A DNA stretch of 64,000 nucleotides from an uncultured delta proteobacterium. GTDB taxonomy: Bacteria > Desulfobacterota > Binatia > Binatales > Binataceae. The notes under the pieces were generated by a model. It had not been told where the DNA came from. It ran no database searches and saw only the letters and a list, made by a program, of their open reading frames with translations. The DNA is taken from the NCBI GenBank assembly GCA_963794325.1, contig CAWCDG010000007.1, positions 160,001 to 224,000 of the forward strand, in the 5' to 3' direction. The position numbers and the translations under genes are program-made. Positions 39,620 to 50,426 of this stretch are shown here, in pieces (position 1 is the stretch's first letter; each line of letters opens with the position of its first letter).

Positions 39620-40854
39620 GCCGCGCCGGAATGGAGATCGCGGCCCATCCGCTCGCGCCCGAGCAAAATGACGACCGCGGCCAGGACCATCACAATTGCC
39701 GCGACGCTCGCGAGCGTCGCCGCATAGCCATATCTCTCCGCCAGCAGCGCCTGGCTGACGGCGGCTCCCGAAGCCATCAGGACGCCGATCTGATACGCAA
39801 GTCCCGAAAAAAGCCCGCGAACTTCCGGCGGTGACAGCTCCGTCAGATGCGCCGGGATTACGCCCCATGCTCCCTGCACCATGAACTGCATCACAAACGC
39901 GCCGAGTGTGAGCATCACCAGCGTCGAGGGATAAATCCACAGCGGGATGACGAAGCCGGCGCAGATCACCGCGGTCGCCATGGTGCGGCGGCGTCCCCAT
40001 CGATCGGAAAAATAGCCGAAGGTCAGCCCGCCGAGCAGCGCCCCTACATTATAGATTACTGCGATCGTGGCGACGGTGCGGGTGTCGAAGCCGCGGGTCT
40101 TTTCGAGAAACGTCGGATACATATCCTGCGTGCCGTGCGAAACGAAATTCATCATCGTCATCAGCGCGCACAGGTACAGGAACAATTTCCAGTTCGCGCG
40201 AATCGCGCCGCGAATCTTCGACATGTCGGGGCGGGTGCGCAGCCATGCTTCCGACTCGGGAACTTTGGTGCGGATGTAAATTGTCAGCAACGCGGGCGCG
40301 CCGCCGAGGAAGAACATCGCGCGCCATCCGAAGTGCGGAAAAACGAAGAAGAACGCGGCCGCCGCGAGCAGGTAGCCGACCGCGTAACCCTCCTGCAACA
40401 GGCCGGAGAAAAATCCGCGCCATCGCGGGGACACCGCTTCCATCGCGAGCGACGCGCCCACGCCCCATTCGCCACCCATCCCGATTCCATACACCGCGCG
40501 CATGAACAGGAACCATCCGTAGCTCGGCGCAAGGCCGCTCAACACTTCGACGACGGAATAGAAAATGACGTCGACCATCAACGGGATGCGGCGGCCGTAG
40601 CGGTCGGCAACCCAGCCGAAGATGATCGCGCCAACCGGACGCAGGGCGAGCGTCGCAGTGATGGTAAATGCGATGTGCGAGATTGGGCGATGGAACTCGC
40701 GCGCCACCGCGGGCATCACGAAAATCAGGATGAAAAAATCGAACGCATCGAGCGCCCAACCAAGAAAGCTCGCGAGCAGAGTATGCGCCGCCTCGGCAGA
40801 CGTAATCGCACGCACCGGTTCAAGCGCGGGGACAGAAGAATCCATGGCGTGCAA
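39616..40854 (-). CDS. MFS sialate/carboxylate:H+ symporter (NanT/Jen1 family)
   Basis: GWALDAFDFF, GMGGEWG, SHGTQDMYPTFL and GAWGVIPAHLTEL. Confidence 0.9.
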   Translation of the reverse strand: MHAMDSSVPALEPVRAITSAEAAHTLLASFLGWALDAFDFFILIFVMPAVAREFHRPISHIAFTITATLALRPVGAIIFGWVADRYGRRIPLMVDVIFYSVVEVLSGLAPSYGWFLFMRAVYGIGMGGEWGVGASLAMEAVSPRWRGFFSGLLQEGYAVGYLLAAAAFFFVFPHFGWRAMFFLGGAPALLTIYIRTKVPESEAWLRTRPDMSKIRGAIRANWKLFLYLCALMTMMNFVSHGTQDMYPTFLEKTRGFDTRTVATIAVIYNVGALLGGLTFGYFSDRWGRRRTMATAVICAGFVIPLWIYPSTLVMLTLGAFVMQFMVQGAWGVIPAHLTELSPPEVRGLFSGLAYQIGVLMASGAAVSQALLAERYGYAATLASVAAIVMVLAAVVILLGRERMGRDLHSGAA

Positions 40855-40939
40855 TGATTAATCGAACCGCAGCGGTTTGTCATTCTGCCGGCGGTGCTCC
40901 CTTGAGTTAAGCGCATGCGATGCGCGATAAGGGGATCAT

Positions 40940-42070
40940 ATGTTCAAAGGCATCAGAGTCATCGACGCCGACGGGCATGTGATGGAGCCCAACGAGCTCT
41001 ATGACGAATACCTGGATAGTAAGTTCAAACCCGATCTCGATGAATTGAAAAAGGTCGCGTCGGCGCGCGCGTCGAAATATTTCTTCGGCTACTTCCATCA
41101 GTTGAATACAGGACGGCCGCTCGGCATCGCGACGCCCGACAAGCCGCTGATGCGAACCGGGCGCAAGCCGCACGGCGAGCGGCCCGACATGCGCGGCGGC
41201 TTCGATCCTCACGTGCGCATCAAGGACATGGATCGCGAGGGAATCGACGTGGCGGTGCTGTTCGCGACTGTGGTGTCGAGTTTTTGCGCGCTCCCGAGCG
41301 TCGATTTCGAAGTCGCGATGATTCGTGCGTACCATCGATGGCTCGCCGACTACTGCGCGGCGTTTCCGGCTCGCCTGAAGGGCGTCGCGATTGTGCCGAT
41401 GCGTGCACCCGAACAAGCTGCTGACGAAATTCGGCGCGTCGCGAATGAGCCGTGGTGCGTCGGCATCTACCTGTCCGCGCATATGGAGGACAAGCTGCTC
41501 GACCATCCGGCGTTCCATCCGATTTGGAAGGCGTGCGTCGAGACCGACCTGCCCGCGTGCTTCCATGGCGGCACGGCGCGGCCGCCGTACGGGATGGGCA
41601 CGTTCGAGATGGGCAACAATCTTTTCATCCAGCATTCGGCGACGAATCCGTTCGAGGTGATGCGCGGGATCGCGTCGCTGGTCGGAGGCGGCGTGCTCGA
41701 CATTTTCCCGAAGCTGCGGGTTGCGTTTCTCGAAGCGGGCGTTGGATGGCTGCCGTTCTGGATGGAGCGGCTCGACGAGCATTACGAGCTGATGCCTGAG
41801 TACGTGCCGTTTCTGCATCGCAGGCCGTCGGAGGTGATTCGCAGCGAGAATTTTTTTATTTCGTGCGACCCCGACGAGGAGACGCTGCCATATCGTGGTG
41901 AAAGCGTTGGCGCTGAGCATATTCTGTATGCGTCGGACTATCCGCATTTCGATGGGCGGTTCCCGCATACGGTGAGTTTGACGGCGGGAAGGAAGGAGTT
42001 TGATGCGAGCGTGGCGAGGAAGATTTTGGATGAGAATCCGACGCGGTTGTATACGCGGTTGAAGTCGTAG
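40940..42070 (+). CDS. Amidohydrolase_2 family protein
   Basis: IDADGHVME, FLEAGVGW and SDYPHFD. Confidence 0.9.
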   Translation: MFKGIRVIDADGHVMEPNELYDEYLDSKFKPDLDELKKVASARASKYFFGYFHQLNTGRPLGIATPDKPLMRTGRKPHGERPDMRGGFDPHVRIKDMDREGIDVAVLFATVVSSFCALPSVDFEVAMIRAYHRWLADYCAAFPARLKGVAIVPMRAPEQAADEIRRVANEPWCVGIYLSAHMEDKLLDHPAFHPIWKACVETDLPACFHGGTARPPYGMGTFEMGNNLFIQHSATNPFEVMRGIASLVGGGVLDIFPKLRVAFLEAGVGWLPFWMERLDEHYELMPEYVPFLHRRPSEVIRSENFFISCDPDEETLPYRGESVGAEHILYASDYPHFDGRFPHTVSLTAGRKEFDASVARKILDENPTRLYTRLKS

Positions 42071-42071
42071 G

Positions 42072-42114
42072 AACCTAATCTAACCCCTTCCCATGGTGGG
42101 AAGGGGGACCGGAT
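42072..42114 (+). repeat. Repeat family A (decayed)
   Basis: AACCTAATCTAACCCCTTCCCATGGTGGGAAGGGGGACCGGAT. Confidence 0.85.
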
Positions 42115-42137
42115 TTTTTTGGATTTTGATTTTAGCG

Positions 42138-42596
42138 ATGAAGACCGGAAAGTTTGCGGCGACTTTGATCGTGATTGCACTGGTGGCGGGCGTCGCGCGG
42201 AATGCGAGGGCGCTAACGCCGGAGCAGGAGCAGGCGGCGCAGGATCTGCACGACGCGGAGGCTGCCGGCAAGCGGCATCGCGCTGAGCTGATGAAAATCC
42301 CGCACGTCACGGTCGTCACTGGCGAAGTCGATGGACGCAACGAGGCCGCGATTCTGATCGAGGTGGACGATCAGAAGAATGTCGATGAGGTACTGCGCAA
42401 AGTGCCGTCGCGAATCGAGGGCTTCCCGGTAGAAGTCGATGAGAGCGCTCCCGAGATCGTGAAAGGTGGCTCTATGATCTTTTTGAAGGACGACGCTGCG
42501 ACTCCGACGCCGCCGACCATCGACAAGAATGGCTACTACCATCACACCTGGTCGAAGCCGTCCGCGCCCGCGACGAACTCGACTGCGCAGCCGTGA
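42138..42596 (+). CDS. Secreted hypothetical protein
   Basis: Signal peptide (ARA|L); small domain LMKIPHV..V...VPSRIEGFPVEV. Confidence 0.7.
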   Translation: MKTGKFAATLIVIALVAGVARNARALTPEQEQAAQDLHDAEAAGKRHRAELMKIPHVTVVTGEVDGRNEAAILIEVDDQKNVDEVLRKVPSRIEGFPVEVDESAPEIVKGGSMIFLKDDAATPTPPTIDKNGYYHHTWSKPSAPATNSTAQP

Positions 42597-42603
42597 ACCT
42601 AAC

Positions 42604-42633
42604 TTGACTGCAATTCCGAGGACTCCCTATAGT
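42604..42633 (+). promoter_or_regulatory. sigma70 promoter
   Basis: TTGACT-N18-TATAGT. Confidence 0.6.
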
Positions 42634-42710
42634 CTAGTTTCGGAGTCCGGCGAACCTGCGGCTAGCGCAGAAAACCCCGTTCAGACAATCGATTTGGTGC
42701 TGGTTTAGAG

Positions 42711-43416
42711 ATGCAGCGAAGCGAACAAATGACCTTCTGGGAGCGGATTTATATCCCCGAAATCCTGAAAGGTCTTGCGATCACCAACTACCATTTCATG
42801 CGCAACCTCATGCTCCACACCGCGCATCTGTTCGGGATGAAGAAATCAGTCAACGCGACTTCGACCACGCAGTATCCCGAGGAGCGCAAGCACTATCCCG
42901 ACAATTTTCGCGGCAGTCATCGCCTGACGCTGCGCGAGGATTCCAGTGTCCGATGCACCGCGTGTTTTCTGTGCGCGACCGCGTGCCCTGCGCAGTGCAT
43001 ATATATTGAGGCCGGCGAGTCGCCCGATCCGCACGTCGAGAAATTTCCGGTGCGCTACGAAATCGACACTCTGCGATGCATCTACTGCGGGCTTGTGCGT
43101 CGAGGCGTGCCCGTGCGACGCGATTCGGATGGACACCTACGTGCATCCGCGCATCTGGGGTTTCGACCGCAAGGATTTCGTCGAGCAGAAGGAACTGCTG
43201 ATGCATCGATCGCACGTGCTGGCCGAGAAGGGCCGCGACGGCAACATGAACGAGATGCTCGAGTGGTACCGCGAGCAGGACGCGAGGGTTTACGATCCGC
43301 AGCGGCCGGAGATGAAGAACTACACCAACCGTGAAGCGCCCAAGCATTACGCGGAAGCGCCGGACCGTATCGACGACCTCACTGCGATCGACCGGCACGC
43401 GCGCAGCGGCAAGTAA
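42711..43416 (+). CDS. nuoI: NADH-quinone oxidoreductase subunit I, +1 frameshift near 43090
   Basis: TQYPEE, FRGSHRL and CTACFLCATACP. The second cluster CIYCGLCVEACP is restored by removing one G of the GGG at 43089..43091. Confidence 0.85.
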
Positions 43417-43420
43417 CCCG

Positions 43421-43666
43421 ATGACCCGAGTGACTATTGGCCTGACCCTGGCGGGCCTGATTGTTTTGTTTATCGCTTACGCAAAGGGCGTCGGCGTGAT
43501 TCATGGCGGCGACGTGCTCAGCCATATGTACTGGGCGACCGGGGCGCTGACACTCGTTGGGCTGGCCAATTTTATCGCGGTGGCGCACCTGGCGCGCGCC
43601 GAGCGAATGATCCAGGAACTGCGTGCGCTGTGCGAAAAGAACGGCATCGAGTACGGCGACGATTAA
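43421..43666 (+). CDS. Small two-TM membrane protein
   Basis: ATG 5 nt after the nuoI stop; two hydrophobic helices. Confidence 0.65.
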   Translation: MTRVTIGLTLAGLIVLFIAYAKGVGVIHGGDVLSHMYWATGALTLVGLANFIAVAHLARAERMIQELRALCEKNGIEYGDD

Positions 43667-43718
43667 GCTATACTTTTAAATCCAAGGTCGTGCGCTCGAC
43701 GGCCGCGGAGGTGACGCG

Positions 43719-45015
43719 ATGACCCAGATTGAAGCCGCCCGCAAGAACATAATCACCCGGCAGATGACCGAAGTTGCCGAGGATGAAGGATTCACGCCCG
43801 AAGAAATTCGCGCGCTGGTCGCGACCGGCGAGGTCGTCATCCCGCACAACCTCCATCACGATTTCCGGGCAATCGGAATCGGCAAAGGCCTGCGCACCAA
43901 GGTCAATGCCAACATCGGCGCCTCGAACTTCCATCAGCTGATTGAAGAGGAAGTCGAAAAACTTTACACCGCGGTCCGCTACGGCGCCGACTCGGTGATG
44001 GATCTTTCGACCGGCACCGACCTCGATAAAATCCGCGCGGAGATCCTGTCGCGATGCTCGGTGATTCTCGGCACGGTGCCGATTTACCAGCTCGGCTCCG
44101 AGCGCTCGATCATGGAGATGGAAATCGAGTTTTTTCTCGACGTTATCGAGCGGCAGGCGCGTCAGGGTGTCGATTACATGACGCTCCATTGCGGCGTCAC
44201 GCGCGAAAGCGTGAAGCGGTTGCGCGGACATCAGCGAATCGAGGGTATCGTGTCGCGCGGCGGTGCGATGTTGGCGGCGTGGATCGAGCGCACCGGCAAC
44301 GAGAATCCGCTCTACGAGCATTTCGACCAAGTCTGCGCGGTGCTGCGCGAGCATGACGTAACCATTTCGATAGGCGACGGGCTGCGGCCGGGCGCCACCG
44401 GCGACGCTACCGATCGCGGGCAAATCTCCGAGTTGCTGCTGATGGGCGAACTGACCGATCGCGCGCGCGCGATGGGCGTGCAGGTGATGATCGAAGGTCC
44501 CGGCCATGTGCCGCTCGATCAAATCGAAGCCAACGTGAAGCTCGAGAAGCGCGTCTGCGGCGGAGCGCCGTTCTACGTGCTCGGCCCGCTGACCTGCGAC
44601 GTCGCGCCCGGCTACGATCACATCACCGGCGCGATTGGCGGCGCGATCGCGTCGGCGGCGGGCACCGATTTTCTCTGCTACGTAACGCCGGCCGAGCATC
44701 TGCGGCTGCCCGACATCGACGACGTGCGCGAAGGTGTGATCGCGACACGAATCGCGGCGCACTCCGGCGACCTGGTGAAGGGTGTGCGCGCCGCGAAAGT
44801 CTGGAACGATCAGATGTCGCGATATCGAAAGGCGCTCAACTGGGAAGGCATGTACGCGATGGCGATGGACCCCGACAAGGCGCGCCGCTACAAGGAAGAG
44901 AGCGAGGCGGCGGGTTCCAACGTCTGCACGATGTGCGGGTCGCTGTGCTCGATCAATATCGACAACGCGGCGATCAAATTCACCAAGCGGCGATCGATCG
45001 CCGAGGCGGAAGCGC

Positions 45016-45029
<14 letters not shown>
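43719..45029 (+). CDS. thiC: Phosphomethylpyrimidine synthase (short form)
   Basis: KVNANIG, MDLSTG, VSRGG, GDGLRPG, EGPGH, CYVTPAEHL and CTMCGSLC. A Bza paralog is not formally excluded. Confidence 0.88.
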
Positions 45030-45501
<472 letters not shown>

Positions 45502-45587
45502 CCGTTAGCCGCGTAGCGTGACTCGCGCGCGTGGTTATAGTTGTATATTGAAACTGAATCCGCCGGCGGATCGGACGGTTAAAACTT

Positions 45588-46823
45588 ATGGCGAAAACCT
45601 CGAAGAATATTCTCGACGAAGCGCGCTCGACGATTAGACAGATCGGTATCGACGAAGCGCGCGCGATGATCGACCAGCCCGGCACCGTGCTGGTCGATGT
45701 GCGCGAAGCGGACGAGTGGCGGCAGGGGCATATTCCGCAGGCGGTCGCGATTCCGCGCGGGTTCCTCGAGCTTCGAGTCGAGGAGAAAATCCCCGACCAC
45801 AAGACTCCCGTGATTTTGCAGTGCGCGTCGGGCACGCGCTCGCTGCTCGCGGCGCGGACCCTGCGCGAGCTCGGCTACGAGAACGTCTTCAACATGACGG
45901 GCGGCTTCAGCGCGTGGAAGGATCGCGGGCTGCCGTGGATTGCGGATCGCGCGTTCACCAGCGAGGAGCTGACCCGCTACTCGCGCCATTTCGTGATTCC
46001 CGAGGTCGGCGAGAAGGGACAGGCGAAACTGCTCGACGCCAAGGTGCTGCTACTCGGCACCGGCGCGCTGGGATCGCCGTCGGCGCTGTACCTGGCCGCG
46101 GCCGGAGTCGGCACGATCGGGCTGGTGGATTTCGACGTGGTCGATATGTCGAATCTCCAGCGGCAGATTATACACACCACCGATCGCGTCGGCATGCCGA
46201 AGACCGAGTCGGCCCAGAAGGCGATCAACGCGCTGAATCCCGGCGTCAAGGTGATTCGCCACGATGTGCGGCTCACCTCCGAGAACGCGATGGATATCGT
46301 CAAGGACTACGACGTGGTCGTGAACTGCGGCGACAATTTTCCGACTCGATATCTGATCAACGACGCATGCGTCTTCGCGAAGAAGCCGTTGGTTGACGGC
46401 GCGATTTTCCGCTTCGAAGGCAACACCACGGTTTTCTACCCGGCCAAGGGCGGCCCGTGTTACCGATGCCTCTATCCGGAGCCGGCCCCGCCGGACATGG
46501 CGCCCTCGTGCGCGGAGGCCGGAGTGCTCGGCGCGATTCCGGGACTCATCGGATCGATCGAAGCGCTCGAGGCGATCAAGCTCATAATCGGCGCGGGCTC
46601 CCCCCTAATCGGCAAGATGGTGTACTTCGACACGCTGTCCGACAAGGACTACGTGCGCGTTTTGAAGATCCGCAAAGATCCGAAATGCCCGGTCTGCAGC
46701 GAGCATCCTACGCAGACCACCTTGATCGACTACGAAGCATTCTGCGGATTCGGCGCGCCCGCGAACGGAACTGCGCACGCGGAACCAACGGCGCATGCGA
46801 GCGCGGCGGCGTCGGCACGCTAA
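45588..46823 (+). CDS. moeB: Rhodanese-MoeB/ThiF fusion adenylyltransferase (MoeZ-like)
   Basis: N-terminal rhodanese (DVRE..EW..GHI, CASGTRS), RYSRH, SNLQRQ, CYRC and CPVC. Confidence 0.92.
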   Translation: MAKTSKNILDEARSTIRQIGIDEARAMIDQPGTVLVDVREADEWRQGHIPQAVAIPRGFLELRVEEKIPDHKTPVILQCASGTRSLLAARTLRELGYENVFNMTGGFSAWKDRGLPWIADRAFTSEELTRYSRHFVIPEVGEKGQAKLLDAKVLLLGTGALGSPSALYLAAAGVGTIGLVDFDVVDMSNLQRQIIHTTDRVGMPKTESAQKAINALNPGVKVIRHDVRLTSENAMDIVKDYDVVVNCGDNFPTRYLINDACVFAKKPLVDGAIFRFEGNTTVFYPAKGGPCYRCLYPEPAPPDMAPSCAEAGVLGAIPGLIGSIEALEAIKLIIGAGSPLIGKMVYFDTLSDKDYVRVLKIRKDPKCPVCSEHPTQTTLIDYEAFCGFGAPANGTAHAEPTAHASAAASAR

Positions 46824-46981
46824 GACTCGCGCGCTGGCGCGCGAAGCTTGAAATCTGATTTGATTGCGGCGGGACTCTGAAAAGGGTTCCGCCGTTTCAT
46901 TTTCGAGATCGATCACTGAGGCGAATCGCAATGGCGCTTGGACCGTTCTACGTGGCGGAAAAACTCAAAGGCGAAAAGGGG

Positions 46982-47626
46982 ATGAGAGGAATCGCGCTGT
47001 TCATGCGCCATGGCGAAACCGCGTGGAATCGCGAGGGCAGGGTGATGGGCCGCAACCCGATCGAGCTCGACGCTGATGGCCGCGCGCAGGTGGAAGCCTC
47101 GATTCCGTTCGCGCGCCTGATCAAGCCCGATTTGATCGTCACGAGTCCGCTCGCACGCGCGCGGCAGTCTGCGGAGATAATCGCGGCCGGCGTCGGTGGC
47201 GTCGCCGTCGCCGAAGATCCGCAATTGTCGGAGGTCCAGTACGGGCGATGGGAAGGGATGGTGTACGACGATTTGGTCGAAGATGCCGACTACCTGAACT
47301 ATCGCGAGCATCCGCTGGACACGCCGACGCCCGGCGGTGAGACCATCGCGCAGGTGCAATCGCGAGGCGTCGAGGCGGTGCGGCGCGCGATCACGGACAA
47401 CAGCGGGAAGCGGATCCTGTTCGTTTCGCACGGCGATATCATTCGCACCGTGTTGTGCCATTTTATGCGGCTCGAACTCGCGCACTTCCGGCGAATCCGC
47501 GTTGACAACGCGGCGTTCTCTGGCTTCCAGCTAATCGGCGATTTCGCCGAGATGAAATTCCTGAATCTGTTGCCCGATCCGGATCGCGCGTTCGCTGCGC
47601 CCTTCGTATCGAAAAAGCGCGAGTAA
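46982..47626 (+). CDS. Histidine phosphatase family protein
   Basis: RHGETAWN, SPLARA and VSHG. Confidence 0.9.
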   Translation: MRGIALFMRHGETAWNREGRVMGRNPIELDADGRAQVEASIPFARLIKPDLIVTSPLARARQSAEIIAAGVGGVAVAEDPQLSEVQYGRWEGMVYDDLVEDADYLNYREHPLDTPTPGGETIAQVQSRGVEAVRRAITDNSGKRILFVSHGDIIRTVLCHFMRLELAHFRRIRVDNAAFSGFQLIGDFAEMKFLNLLPDPDRAFAAPFVSKKRE

Positions 47627-47696
47627 CCTGGCGACGACGATCTGAAAACGAAACAGAGGCGGGCACGGCGGCCCGCCCCACTGGAAGAAGAAGAGT

Positions 47697-48890
47697 TCAG
47701 GGGCCGCCGGCGAGCGACGGTGACGATGCGCCGACGTCGATTCCTTTGCGAACGCGGACGTCAGCGCCCGGCTTGCCCGGAACCTCGACCTTCAGGCTGC
47801 GGTAGCCGCCCCGCGACGGATCGGGCGCGAGAAATCCGACGGTGTATTGCTCGCGCAATTCGAGACTGATGTTCTCGCATGCGCGACGCAGCGACTCGCC
47901 GTCTCCCGCCTCGCGGATGATGTAGGTCTTGGCGCCGGTTTCGGTCGAGAGCGAGTGCAGCGTCTCAGAGTCCACGTGTTCCATGTCGTCGCCGCCCAGA
48001 ACGAACGGTCCAATCGACACGGAAACTCCGCTGCTGCCGTTGGGATCGCCGATTCCGATCGAGTACACCAGCACGCCCATTCGCCGCGCCTGCGCGACGA
48101 CGTCATTCACGGTCGCGGCGCTGGTATTGTCCATTCCGTCGGTCACGACGAGCAGCGCTTTCTTGTCGTAGCGCCCGCGCTGCACCATCTGGAGGCCCTG
48201 CATAATCACGTCGAACAGAGCGGTCTGCCCGTAGGCGTGCAGCAACGCGAGCCGGCGCATCACGAGATCGTGATTCATCGTGAACGGTTGGAGCAGGAAT
48301 GGATGGCTCGAGAATGCGAACAGGAACACGTCGTCCTTGTCATTCAGATCGCGCAGGAATTGCGCAATCGCGGCGCGCGCCTGCGGAATCTTCGGCGTCA
48401 TGCTGCCCGAGGTGTCCACCAGGATGCCGACCGAAACCGGAGTGTTCAGGTCCTGCCGAAAAAACTGTATCGGACTCTGCTGCCCGTCCATGTAGAGTTT
48501 GAAGTCGCCCTTCTGAAGCCCGGTAACGTAAGTGCCGCTCGGCTCGGTCACCGTAACAGTCACCTGTTCGTAACCCGGCTGCTGGCGCAATTCGCGCGTC
48601 GGCAGCACCAGTTCCTGGCCGCCCTGCGGAACCTGCGGCGGGATGTTGAGCGACTCGCCGCCCTGTTTCGCCGGCATCGACGGCAACTCGAGCGTCGAGG
48701 TTTCTTTGCCCTGGCTACGCGGAATAATCAGCTGCGGTGCCGGATTCGATGGTGGTGGCGGATTTGCCAAACCCTGCTGCATCTGCGCTGCGGCGGGTGA
48801 GGCTGCGGCAAATATGATCGCCAGCATGATCGCGGCAGCAGCGAATGCGGAAATCAAGCTGCGTCGTAGCACTGGAAGAATTGTTGTCAT
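47697..48890 (-). CDS. Secreted VWA-domain protein (Acidobacterial VWFA-related type)
   Basis: MIDAS motif DTSGS, TALFD and VTDGMD; signal peptide. Confidence 0.88.
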   Translation of the reverse strand: MTTILPVLRRSLISAFAAAAIMLAIIFAAASPAAAQMQQGLANPPPPSNPAPQLIIPRSQGKETSTLELPSMPAKQGGESLNIPPQVPQGGQELVLPTRELRQQPGYEQVTVTVTEPSGTYVTGLQKGDFKLYMDGQQSPIQFFRQDLNTPVSVGILVDTSGSMTPKIPQARAAIAQFLRDLNDKDDVFLFAFSSHPFLLQPFTMNHDLVMRRLALLHAYGQTALFDVIMQGLQMVQRGRYDKKALLVVTDGMDNTSAATVNDVVAQARRMGVLVYSIGIGDPNGSSGVSVSIGPFVLGGDDMEHVDSETLHSLSTETGAKTYIIREAGDGESLRRACENISLELREQYTVGFLAPDPSRGGYRSLKVEVPGKPGADVRVRKGIDVGASSPSLAGGP

Positions 48891-49201
48891 CGCAATGCGA
48901 GCGCGCCGCCGAAGCGGCCCATTTTCATGTCTAATGATCCTATTTGCTCCCGCATTGAGCAAGCCGGGTAAAGTTTCCGAGCCTCAATACGCGATCCTCT
49001 CACACGTTGGACGAATTCGCCGAAGCAAAGTTTCAGCGCGCCGACGGCGCAGGCGTCCCTCGGAACCTTAGCAATCGTTAAGCTTGCTGAACGGTCGGTT
49101 CGCGCCGCGATATCGGTTTCTTGTCTCCCATTCTGATTTCGTCGTAACTTGATGAACCGGCCCAAGACCGCCACGTTCAGACCTGCCCGAGCGAAGGAGA
49201 A

Positions 49202-50425
49202 ATGATGAAGTTCGGAATTTTCATGGCCCCGTTCCACCGCGTCGGCGAAAACCCGACGCTCTGCTTCGAGCGCGACATGCAGCTGATCGAATGGCTCGAC
49301 GATCTCGGATACGAAGAGGCCTTCATCGGCGAGCATCATTCCTCGGGATGGGAAATAATCTCGTCGCCGGAGATTTTTATGGCGGTGGCGGCGACGCGCA
49401 CCCGGCATATCATGCTTGGATCCGGCGTGGTCAGCATCCCGTATCATCATCCGTTCCACGTCGCGAATCGGTTCGCATTGCTTGACCATCTCACTCGCGG
49501 ACGCGTGATGCTCGGATGCGGTCCCGGAGCGCTGGCCGCCGACGCTTACATGCAGGGAATCGATTCGACCACGCAGCGCAAGCGGATGATCGAAGGCATT
49601 ACCGCAATCCTTCGGCTGTTCAATGAAGAAGGCAAAATTTCGATCGATGGCTCGTACTTCAAGCTCGTCGATGCGCATCTGCAGGTGAAACCGTTCCAGC
49701 AACCGCATATGCCGGTGTTCGTCGCGAGCACGATTTCGCCGTCAGGGATGGTCGCGGCGGGACAGCTCGGATGCGGCGTGCTGTCGGTCGCGTCGTACGC
49801 GCCCGGCGGCCTGGACGACCTGATGAAACGCTGGGCGATGGCCGAAGAGTCGGCGGCCGAGAACGGCAAGACGGTCGATCGCAAAAACTGGCGGATGGTT
49901 TTCCCGATTCATCTCGCGGAGACGCGCGATCAGGCGATGGCCGATATTCGCGACGGCGCCAACGCGTGGATTCGCGAGTATTTTATCGACACGCTCGGCA
50001 CCCGCATCCAGTTCGAGGAATATCCGAATCAACCGATCGAAGAGATGAACATCGATCGGATGAACGGACGCGGCGGCATTATCGTGGGAACGCCCGACGA
50101 CGCGATCGCGAGGATCAAGGAGCTGCAGCAGGCGACCGGCGGCTTCGGCGGCATCCTGGGACTCGCGCACGAATGGACCACGCGCGAGAAGACCCTCCAC
50201 TCCTACGAGCTGTTCGCGCGATACGTCGCACCGCAATTCCAGGGCCCAGTCGCGCAGCAAGTGAAATATTCGAATGAGTGGGCGCGCGAAAATCGCGACC
50301 TGATGTTCGGCAAGGCGGTCGCGGGAATCCTGACCGCGGTGCAGGACTACGCACAGCACCAAGCCGAAAAGGGCGAACCGGTCCCGGAGATGATGACGCA
50401 GCCGATAACCCGCGTCCGGCCGTAG
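49202..50425 (+). CDS. LLM-class flavin-dependent oxidoreductase
   Basis: KFGIFMAPFH, GEHHS and LDHLTRGR. Confidence 0.92.
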   Translation: MMKFGIFMAPFHRVGENPTLCFERDMQLIEWLDDLGYEEAFIGEHHSSGWEIISSPEIFMAVAATRTRHIMLGSGVVSIPYHHPFHVANRFALLDHLTRGRVMLGCGPGALAADAYMQGIDSTTQRKRMIEGITAILRLFNEEGKISIDGSYFKLVDAHLQVKPFQQPHMPVFVASTISPSGMVAAGQLGCGVLSVASYAPGGLDDLMKRWAMAEESAAENGKTVDRKNWRMVFPIHLAETRDQAMADIRDGANAWIREYFIDTLGTRIQFEEYPNQPIEEMNIDRMNGRGGIIVGTPDDAIARIKELQQATGGFGGILGLAHEWTTREKTLHSYELFARYVAPQFQGPVAQQVKYSNEWARENRDLMFGKAVAGILTAVQDYAQHQAEKGEPVPEMMTQPITRVRP

Positions 50426-50426
50426 C

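Noticed and set aside
41890-41905. Possible compensating indels in the amidohydrolase (YRGES where YVVES might be expected)
   Set aside because: The frame is preserved, and it cannot be told apart from ordinary divergence or a read error.
43667-43718. TPP riboswitch upstream of thiC
   Set aside because: The intergenic region is only ~50 nt and has no CTGAGA...ACCTG...GCGTAGG pattern.
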